Shown piece after piece: positions 7,087 through 13,354 of a stretch of DNA of 30,400 nt. The notes under the pieces were generated by a model. It did no database searches, was not told the DNA's origin, and was given only the letters and a program-made list of their open reading frames with translations. The stretch spans positions 1 to 30,400 of the forward strand of contig CAYHYM010000009.1 in NCBI GenBank assembly GCA_964360965.1. Direction: 5' to 3'. The position numbers and the translations under genes were made by a program. How positions within the stretch are numbered: position 1 is the stretch's first letter; each line of letters begins with the position of its first letter. The DNA comes from an uncultured Gammaproteobacteria bacterium (GTDB lineage: Bacteria > Patescibacteriota > Microgenomatia > Daviesbacterales > UBA10151).

Positions 7087-7116
7087 TCGCGGGTTCAAAT
7101 CCCGTCGACCACCCCA
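7087..7116 (+). pseudogene. orphan tRNA 3' fragment (T arm + acceptor 3' strand + CCA)
   Basis: TCGCGGGTTCAAATCCCGTCGACCACCCCA. No matching 5' acceptor strand (GTGGTCG) anywhere nearby. Confidence 0.55.
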
Positions 7117-7177
7117 AGGATTTTAGCTTCATTTTTTACTACCACTGATGGGATTATTGAACCCATAAGCTGGGGAC

Positions 7178-7681
7178 TTATTTCAATAGGTTTTCAATCT
7201 GATTTACTGTCTCCTCAGGAGTTTGGTTAGTATTGTCAATTTTGTGTTCATTAAGAAAACTTAACTCATCCCTTAATCTATGATTAAAACGAATAGACTC
7301 TTCGTAATCTCGGAAACCACTATCCCTAGATTCAGTTAAAATTCTTTGCTTCAGCACCTCATCATCGCTAAGAATTAACGTGATGACTATGTATTTGAAA
7401 TCTTTTAATTCTGTTAAGATTGCACCAATTTTTTCTTCTGTAAAACCACCGACAATTACATTTTTATAATCATGTTTTGTATAATTTTTTAAAAGAAACA
7501 ATAAGTTCTCAAAAGACATCTTTTCTTCTGAGTCACTAGTATTACTCCAACCTTTATTAAGATGGAAATCTCTAATCCAATCATAATCTAAATGCACAGA
7601 GTTTAGTTTCTTTTTAAGAAGTCTTGCTAGTGTCGTTTTACCAGATCCCTGTGCACCTAGAATAAATATAAAGTCGTACAT
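7178..7681 (-). CDS. P-loop NTPase / small-molecule-kinase-like protein
   Basis: Walker A GAQGSGKTT at the N-terminus. Size (167 aa) and layout resemble AAA_33/shikimate-kinase-like kinases. Confidence 0.6.
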   Translation of the reverse strand: MYDFIFILGAQGSGKTTLARLLKKKLNSVHLDYDWIRDFHLNKGWSNTSDSEEKMSFENLLFLLKNYTKHDYKNVIVGGFTEEKIGAILTELKDFKYIVITLILSDDEVLKQRILTESRDSGFRDYEESIRFNHRLRDELSFLNEHKIDNTNQTPEETVNQIENLLK

Positions 7682-7787
7682 ACCTGAAGTATATCAGGAG
7701 AAGTTAGGAATTGTAAGGATAGGCTTAAATGAGGTTATTTGGGTACAAACTGCATCCAGCCACCCACCCCTAATGTAAAATTAAAAT

Positions 7788-8033
7788 TTACTGAGGAATA
7801 TCTGGTATTATTGGCAAATCCAAGTGCTTTTTAATTTGATCAATCTCTCTTTTATCTCTTTGATGCCAAAGACCAATTTCATCATGCGTAGCTTTTACCT
7901 CTGATAGAACTTGCTCCATATCCCCTGATAAAGCTTCTAATCTTCTGGTATGATCTTCAAGGGTTTCTTTAATTGGGTCTACAGCTTTATTTACAACTTC
8001 TTCAACTATCGCCTTTAGCTTATTCTCATCCAT
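7788..8033 (-). CDS. hypothetical small coiled-coil protein
   Basis: 81-aa ORF, charged and helical, with no recognised motif. Confidence 0.45.
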   Translation of the reverse strand: MDENKLKAIVEEVVNKAVDPIKETLEDHTRRLEALSGDMEQVLSEVKATHDEIGLWHQRDKREIDQIKKHLDLPIIPDIPQ

Positions 8034-8152
8034 AAATTTATGTTAACTCCAAAAGCTGGAAAAAACAAGAGAGATTATCTAGATCATGTAATGAGTCACA
8101 AATTCCTTTTTGGTATGATAGAATTGTCTAAGAAAAAAGGAGGTGAAAAAGT

Positions 8153-8314
8153 ATGTGTTATAACTGTGGATGTGATATGCCGGATGATGACATGGGCAAT
8201 GCCAAAAATATTACCAATAAAACTATCGAGGAAGCTGCAGCTGCCTCAGGAGTGTCTGTAAAGCAGGCCAAGAAAAACATCTTAAAGCTGCTACAAAAAG
8301 CGCAGGAACAATAA
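8153..8314 (+). CDS. small Cys-rich protein (MCYNCGCDMPDDDMG...)
   Basis: 53-codon ORF below the ORF-track cutoff. Strong SD AAGGAGGTG 7 nt upstream of the ATG. N-terminal CxxCxC motif. Preferred over the overlapping 8040-8261 ORF, which has no SD. Confidence 0.6.
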   Translation: MCYNCGCDMPDDDMGNAKNITNKTIEEAAAASGVSVKQAKKNILKLLQKAQEQ

Positions 8315-8351
8315 GAATAAACTTGAGATATTCTGATCCTCTTTTACCCAC

Positions 8352-8454
8352 TTGACAAGTAATAAATAGTATGGTTAAATATACTTACTTGTTAACCGAA
8401 AGGTTTACAAGTTCTCGAAGAAAGCCCCGCAAGGGGCTTTTTTCGTGGTAAAAT
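8352..8454 (+). repeat. 103-nt promoter-hairpin-terminator module, copy 2
   Basis: 102/103 identical to 6817-6919. The only difference is C versus T in the terminator stem. Ends 9 nt before tRNA-Arg. Confidence 0.85.
8387..8443 (+). ncRNA. candidate ~55-nt small RNA (copy 2)
   Basis: Same architecture as 6852-6908. Terminator GCCCC-GCAA-GGGGC followed by TTTTTT. Confidence 0.35.
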
Positions 8455-8463
8455 TAAACATAT

Positions 8464-8536
8464 GCGCCCGTAGTTTAATGGATAGAACGTGTGGCTTCGG
8501 ACCATAAGGTTGGGGGTTCGACTCCCTCCGGGCGCG
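8464..8536 (+). tRNA. tRNA-Arg(UCG)
   Basis: Acceptor GCGCCCG/CGGGCGC, anticodon stem TGTGG/CCATA, loop CT-TCG-GA, T arm GGGGG-TTCGACT-CCCTC. Confidence 0.8.
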
Positions 8537-8546
8537 CACCCAAAAT

Positions 8547-8619
8547 GGGCCGGTAGCTCAACTGGTAGAGCAACTCCCTCTTAAGGAGTAGGTTCAGGGT
8601 TCAAATCCCTGCCGGCTCA
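8547..8619 (+). tRNA. tRNA-Lys(CUU)
   Basis: Acceptor GGGCCGG/CCGGCTC, D arm GCTC-AACTGGT-AGAGC, anticodon stem ACTCC/GGAGT, loop CT-CTT-AA, T arm CAGGG-TTCAAAT-CCCTG. Confidence 0.85.
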
Positions 8620-8621
8620 CT

Positions 8622-8673
8622 CTTCGACTCGCACAATATAATTGTGCTCGCTCAGAGTAAACTCGAGTCGAAG
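8622..8673. repeat. palindromic GC-rich mini-element (GAGTCGAAGG family)
   Basis: Arms CTTCGACTCG (8622-8631) and CGAGTCGAAG (8664-8673). Inner palindrome CACAAT-ATA-ATTGTG (8632-8646). The right end supplies GAAGGG 6 nt before the GIY-YIG ATG. Confidence 0.65.
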
Positions 8674-8681
8674 GGCATTTT

Positions 8682-8936
8682 ATGTCTTGGTATGTCTACA
8701 TTGCAAAAGCAAAAACAGGTAGATACTACACCGGTATCACCACAAATCCAAATAAAAGAATTATTAAACATAACTCAGGTAAAGGTTCAAGGTTTGCCAT
8801 AGAACAAGGTCCACTTGAACTGGTCTATATCTCCAAAGCATTTCCAGACAAATCAAAAGCAAGAAAACGGGAAATTCAAATCAAAGGTTGGTCAAGAGAA
8901 AAGAAATTAAAACTAATAAGCGGAGTGTGGAAGTAA
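8682..8936 (+). CDS. GIY-YIG nuclease superfamily protein (YhbQ/UPF0213-like)
   Basis: WYVYIAK..GRYYTGITTNPNKRIIKHN...KREIQIKGWSREKK, the typical stand-alone GIY-YIG layout (84 aa). Confidence 0.75.
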   Translation: MSWYVYIAKAKTGRYYTGITTNPNKRIIKHNSGKGSRFAIEQGPLELVYISKAFPDKSKARKREIQIKGWSREKKLKLISGVWK

Positions 8937-8943
8937 AGTTGAA

Positions 8944-8965
8944 GAGCCGAGCAGGATTCGAACTC
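8944..8965 (-). pseudogene. degenerate tRNA 3' fragment
   Basis: Reverse complement GAGTTCGAATCCTGCTCGGCTC resembles a T loop plus acceptor 3' strand and is close to the 3' end of tRNA-Lys(CUU). No 5' half is present. Confidence 0.4.
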
Positions 8966-9005
8966 ATGATTAGATTGTTATATCAACCTTCTTCATTTTT
9001 TAAAT

Positions 9006-9161
9006 CTATGTCTCTATGTCAATAATATCCTTTTCCCAGCCATTTCCATAAAAGTATTGCATTATTTCACAACACAAAAGATAAACCGACTCCTGTATTT
9101 GTTTTAGTTCCTCTTCCGATGCATTGGGAAAATACTCTTTAATAATATCCAATGGCAACAT
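9006..9161 (-). CDS. hypothetical 51-aa protein
   Basis: ORF below the track cutoff (MLPLDIIKEYFPNASEEELKQIQESV...). Strong SD GGAAGGTGGTGG upstream of the ATG at 9161. Confidence 0.4.
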   Translation of the reverse strand: MLPLDIIKEYFPNASEEELKQIQESVYLLCCEIMQYFYGNGWEKDIIDIET

Positions 9162-9287
9162 TTTTCACCACCACCTTCCTAACTTAAAAATTAGAACATT
9201 TTAGGTAAGAGATAAATTAATAGAGACCAGGGTAGACTAAATCCTGTAAATTTCGAAATTAAAACAACTCCATTACGGAAGTAGTAA

Positions 9288-10415
9288 TTAGGACCTTTTA
9301 GCGAGGGTTTTATTAAGATATTCTTCAAATTTATTTAGCGCTTCAGGCATATTTTCTCTACCAAATCCAATACGGAAATGCTTATTATCGTAATCATAAG
9401 CTGTAGAAGGTAGTAACATTATTCCAGCTTCTTGTACCACTCTTTGACAAAAATCAAAAGAATCTAAATCTCCTTCTATTTTTGGAAAAGCAATCGCTCC
9501 GGTCTTGGGCTTGACCCATGAAAATAAATTTTTGTATTTTTCAAAAAAGGTATCTAAAAGAGCAAGGTTTCTTTCTATCCTTTTAAGATGTTTTTCAATA
9601 ATCTTATCCTTTGCCCTTAGAGCTATTAAAGATAGAATTTCACTTGGAGCACTACTACAAATTGTGGTGTAATCTTTGAAAGTAGCCATTTTATTGTATA
9701 GCTCATTATCTTTAGTTACTAACCAACCTATACGAACACCAGCCATTCCAAAAGTTTTAGACATTCCAAATAAAACAACAGCTTTATCATAAATTTCGCA
9801 AGCAGAAGGTAATCTCTCTTCTGGGTTATATTCTAAAAAGCGATACATTTCATCTGAAAACACATAAAGGTTGTGTTGTTTTGCGAGATCAATAATCGCT
9901 TTAAAATCTTCTTTAGAAGGTAGATAACCAGTAGGGTTATGTGGAAAGTTTATGACTAATAATTTTGTATTGGGCTTAATGTTGTTTCGCAGAAAATCTA
10001 AATTGAATTGCCAACCTTTTGTTTCGTCGGGCTGCCATCTTGTAACTTCACAACCTATACCTTCTGCAATTTCATATAAAGATTGATAACCAGGAAATGT
10101 ACAGATAACATGATCTCCTTTTTCTAAAATGGAATTCAAACCAATAAATATTCCTTCTTCCGGTGCAGCTATAAGAACCTGATCTTGATTTATTCCCCGA
10201 TAAAGTTTTGCAACTTCAGCCCGCAGTAGCGGGTGGCCAAGTGATTCAGTATATCCTAAAGCTAAATCTTCCCATATTCTTTTTGTTTCATCGTCAGCAA
10301 GCTCTAAAACTTCTTTTTGTGAAAGCCCATCACAATCCGAACTTGAAAGCAGGTATTTAACAGAAAATTCATATTTTGCAAAATACCTCTCTAATTTAAA
10401 AGGTTGTAATTTCAT
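9288..10415 (-). CDS. class I/II PLP-dependent aminotransferase
   Basis: INFPHNPTG, FSDEMY, and SKTFGMAGVRIGW with the PLP lysine. Confidence 0.85.
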   Translation of the reverse strand: MKLQPFKLERYFAKYEFSVKYLLSSSDCDGLSQKEVLELADDETKRIWEDLALGYTESLGHPLLRAEVAKLYRGINQDQVLIAAPEEGIFIGLNSILEKGDHVICTFPGYQSLYEIAEGIGCEVTRWQPDETKGWQFNLDFLRNNIKPNTKLLVINFPHNPTGYLPSKEDFKAIIDLAKQHNLYVFSDEMYRFLEYNPEERLPSACEIYDKAVVLFGMSKTFGMAGVRIGWLVTKDNELYNKMATFKDYTTICSSAPSEILSLIALRAKDKIIEKHLKRIERNLALLDTFFEKYKNLFSWVKPKTGAIAFPKIEGDLDSFDFCQRVVQEAGIMLLPSTAYDYDNKHFRIGFGRENMPEALNKFEEYLNKTLAKRS

Positions 10416-10498
10416 ATCTAAAAAGCTTGATACTTATATTGTACAGCAAAAATTAACAGAGAGTTTGTGCTATACTTGATTTTACCGCATGGTCATTG

Positions 10499-10563
10499 TG
10501 CCGTCTAAAGACGAGCCTCGTCCGCCTTTGGCGAGACGGGTCGAGGCTGGCCACAAGGATCGA
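10499..10563. repeat. intergenic GC-rich compound hairpin (CGCC-AAAGG-CG family)
   Basis: GCCTCG...CGAGGC outer arms with CCGCCTTTGGCGAG core. The reverse complement resembles 353-384. Confidence 0.55.
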
Positions 10564-10585
10564 AAGTATATTCTCTCCTGATAAG

Positions 10586-10594
10586 TGCTAGAAT
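10586..10594 (+). promoter_or_regulatory. candidate extended -10 promoter (TGcTAGAAT) giving a leaderless NYN mRNA
   Basis: The hexamer ends at 10594 and the A of the ATG at 10601 is the 7th nt downstream. No SD is present. Confidence 0.35.
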
Positions 10595-10600
10595 AAATTC

Positions 10601-11209
10601 ATGTCTTTCAAAAAGAAAAGCCATCTTTATATTGACGGAACCAATTTATTTGCCGGACAGCATGAAATATTTGGCCCAAATAAACATTTATCTTTTAGCT
10701 TTCTTATCCAAGAAATTAAGAAATTAGTTCCAGTAGACGGAATCTTCTTTTACGCATCTTACATGAATCAGAAAAATAGAACAAAATTAACTGAGGACAG
10801 AAAAAAGCTAATTGCTGCCGAAGCACTGTTTTATCGAGAAGTAAGGAATACTAAAGGAGTTGAGTTTTACAGAGGACACCGCTCGCCTACTTCTGGAAAA
10901 GAAAAAGGAGTAGATGTGCATCTGTCAGTTGATATTGTTAAAGATATATTCTTAAGCAATTGCAGTCAAATCGTCATAATGACTGGCGATGCCGATCTTA
11001 TTTATCCTTTAGAAATAGTTAAAACTCTTAATATTCCCACGTTTGCTATTTTCTTGCCCAACAGATTTTCCCTGGAGATGGCATATAAAGTTGATAGGGC
11101 ATTTGTACTTAATTTCTCTAATAAATTTGATGTGGATAGAAAATTACCTAGACAGCTAAAGATTTTAAGCATAAAAAAGCCCCGTATGGTAAACATACGG
11201 GGTAGGTAA
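10601..11209 (+). CDS. NYN domain (LabA-like) protein
   Basis: LYIDGTNLF, KGVDVHLSVDIV and VIMTGDADLIYPLE match the NYN/PIN-like acidic-residue pattern. Confidence 0.7.
   Translation: MSFKKKSHLYIDGTNLFAGQHEIFGPNKHLSFSFLIQEIKKLVPVDGIFFYASYMNQKNRTKLTEDRKKLIAAEALFYREVRNTKGVEFYRGHRSPTSGKEKGVDVHLSVDIVKDIFLSNCSQIVIMTGDADLIYPLEIVKTLNIPTFAIFLPNRFSLEMAYKVDRAFVLNFSNKFDVDRKLPRQLKILSIKKPRMVNIRGR
11173..11202 (-). terminator. intrinsic terminator of the 16665->11295 minus-strand gene string
   Basis: On the minus strand, CCCCGTATG-TTTAC-CATACGGGG is followed by CTTTTTT. It overlaps the last codons of the plus-strand NYN ORF. Confidence 0.65.
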
Positions 11210-11294
11210 ATGTATTAAACCAAAAATGAGACCATTTGTCAATGACTCATAGTTAAAATTTGTTAGAAATTGCTTGTGTAAGATATCATCGGGG

Positions 11295-12707
11295 TTACTG
11301 ATACACAGGGCCAGGAAGCTGGAGGGGTAAAATTTTATTTAACATATCTTCTGCCTTTTTAAGATATAAAACATTATATTTGGGAAAGTATAAAAAGGTG
11401 GCAGGCGCATCCTCCAACAGTTCCTTTTGAAAATCCAGATATTTCTCTTTACGCTCAGCCTCATTTATAATCTTTCTGCCATCCTCCAAATCCTTATCCA
11501 CCCTGGCAAAAGAATAGCCTGTTAGGTTTGTTCTAGTCTGGGTAGAATGCCATAAAAAATACTGATCAGGATCAATGGGGATACTTTGGGTAATAAGTAA
11601 TACCTGGAAATTTTGGGGGATGCCGGATTCTATTCTGGTCAGCACATTTAGTCCTAAATTTTTCCAGGAAGAGACAATATTTTGGGCAACATTCTCCAGC
11701 TGTGGAGTAGATGTTAAGGTAATTGGTAAGGAAAGATCAGGAGAACCATTTTGGTTTTTTAACCTTTCCAGAGCAGTTTTGGCCTGATCAGGATTAGATA
11801 AATAGTTTTTTACAGGTTCACTGCTGGCCCATGACCAGGGCTGGATGGAATTTTTCGCCTCTTTCTCCCCTGCTGCCTTGGGAGCTGCGAAAGACAATGC
11901 CTGTCGTAAATATTTATGTGACAGCATTTTGTCTTTGGTTGAAAAAAGAATGGTGACAATTTTGCCATAATCGGTTTTTTGTAAAAATTTAACCGGGCTG
12001 GTCGATGTTTGGGTTAAGCGCTGATTTACTCCCAAAAGTACCTGTACCTCCCCCAGTTCAAATCCGCTCATGGCAGTTTTTTCATTGGGATAAAATCTGA
12101 TGATTACCTCAGGCAGATCCTGTTTTGGGGTAGTAAGGATCATTTTGGTGATAAAAATCCTGCTCTTTTCAACGCTTTTTATTGAGTAGGGACCGAGGCC
12201 TGTTAAGGTACCTTTTTTAAAAATTGGTTTTATCAAAAGCGAGGAAAAAGGAGAATAAGGTTCTTTTAGTTTAAAATTAATGGTTGATTGATCCGGGTAT
12301 GTTATTTCCGTATTGGGGATATTAAATTCCAGATCTTCTGATGAGAGATTTGTTCCGTCAGACCAGACAAGATCTTTTTTAAGTTTAAATTTAAAAGAGG
12401 TGGCATCATTATTTGTTTCCCAGCCAAGGGCGATATTTGGTTTGGCCCTGCCGGAGGAATCCCAGCTGATCAGTCCATGGGACATGAGGTTACTGACTTC
12501 CGAAGGCAGATCATGCTCCTGGTAAGTGCCGACCAGACCTAAGGATATGGAATTTGCATAAAGGTTAATAAGACTCAATTTAAAAAGTAAAAACAATAAA
12601 GCGCACCCTAAGAGAAAAATTCCCAAAAGCATTCTCCATTTTCTTTTTAAATACTGGACAGTTAAAAGATAGGCAAATCTTAAAATTTCTAAAAATTTTG
12701 GGTTCAT
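11295..12707 (-). CDS. membrane-anchored family-5 (peptide/nickel type) solute-binding-protein-like
   Basis: N-terminal TM span. WDSSGRAKPNIALGWETNNDATSFKFKLKKDLVWSDG resembles the SBP_bac_5 N-lobe. The start shares one base with the secG stop (TAATG). Confidence 0.5.
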   Translation of the reverse strand: MNPKFLEILRFAYLLTVQYLKRKWRMLLGIFLLGCALLFLLFKLSLINLYANSISLGLVGTYQEHDLPSEVSNLMSHGLISWDSSGRAKPNIALGWETNNDATSFKFKLKKDLVWSDGTNLSSEDLEFNIPNTEITYPDQSTINFKLKEPYSPFSSLLIKPIFKKGTLTGLGPYSIKSVEKSRIFITKMILTTPKQDLPEVIIRFYPNEKTAMSGFELGEVQVLLGVNQRLTQTSTSPVKFLQKTDYGKIVTILFSTKDKMLSHKYLRQALSFAAPKAAGEKEAKNSIQPWSWASSEPVKNYLSNPDQAKTALERLKNQNGSPDLSLPITLTSTPQLENVAQNIVSSWKNLGLNVLTRIESGIPQNFQVLLITQSIPIDPDQYFLWHSTQTRTNLTGYSFARVDKDLEDGRKIINEAERKEKYLDFQKELLEDAPATFLYFPKYNVLYLKKAEDMLNKILPLQLPGPVYQ

Positions 12708-12922
12708 TAAGCAATAAGACCAATAATTGAAGATAGAATGAAAAGCAAAGATAAAGCAATGGTTATGTAAAAGAGCATTTTTTCAGCTCCTCTTTTGGTG
12801 CGATAAAAAGATAAATCTCCCCCAAATGCAGTTCCCAACCCGGATCCTTTTTGTTGGATGATGATTACCAGAATAAGTAAAACAGCCAAAATTATTTGAA
12901 TAAGGTAAATTGAAGCTTTCAT
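12707..12922 (-). CDS. secG: preprotein translocase subunit SecG
   Basis: 71 aa with two TM spans flanking IIQQKGSGLGTAFGG. Confidence 0.8.
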   Translation of the reverse strand: MKASIYLIQIILAVLLILVIIIQQKGSGLGTAFGGDLSFYRTKRGAEKMLFYITIALSLLFILSSIIGLIA

Positions 12923-12939
12923 ATCTGCCTATTATATCA

Positions 12940-13341
12940 TTAGTTAATCAGCCAGTGGAGAAAATGAGTGACTGCCCCTATTAAAAATGATGCTACCACA
13001 GCCACCCAAAAAGCTGATAATAGATGAGGGGGGATGGTAAACCCTTCATACTTAAAGCCCGGGAAATAATATGGGACCAGAGTAAATTTAGGTAAGATGG
13101 TGGTTAAGGCGTAAAGGGCCAGCACATTGGTCAGCCAGGAAAAAAGCCCCAAAGTTATAAGATTTAAGGGTAAAAGTAGAATCTTAAGTAGAGGAACCAG
13201 CATAAAGTTTATTAAAGCAAAAACCAAGGCCCCCAAAGCCAAAGTTTCCCATCCCCCGCTATACCTTACGCCTTTGACCAGCTCAATTGTAGTCCACAAA
13301 GAAACAAAATTTATTAAGAAATATCGCAAGATGGTCTTCAT
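12940..13341 (-). CDS. DUF360 / phage-holin-4-like membrane protein (YvlD-like)
   Basis: 133 aa with four hydrophobic spans. NFMLVPLLKILLLPLNLITLGLFSWLTNVLALYA matches the DUF360 core pattern. Confidence 0.6.
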   Translation of the reverse strand: MKTILRYFLINFVSLWTTIELVKGVRYSGGWETLALGALVFALINFMLVPLLKILLLPLNLITLGLFSWLTNVLALYALTTILPKFTLVPYYFPGFKYEGFTIPPHLLSAFWVAVVASFLIGAVTHFLHWLIN

Positions 13342-13354
13342 AGATATAATGATA

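Noticed and set aside
7003-7116. Single long or intron-containing tRNA spanning tRNA-His and the downstream fragment
   Set aside because: tRNA-His folds completely on its own, including G-1:C73. No 5' acceptor strand complementary to CGACCAC exists, and 12 nt is too short for any intron class.
6857-7230. Two 91-aa ORFs (6857-7132 minus, 6955-7230 plus)
   Set aside because: They run through tRNA-His and the tRNA fragment. Peptides such as GFEPA and GVEPP are the usual translation artefact of tRNA T arms.
8040-8261. 73-aa plus-strand ORF from the track
   Set aside because: It has no SD and an odd composition. A shorter ORF in another frame (8153-8314) has a near-perfect SD and a coherent small-protein sequence.
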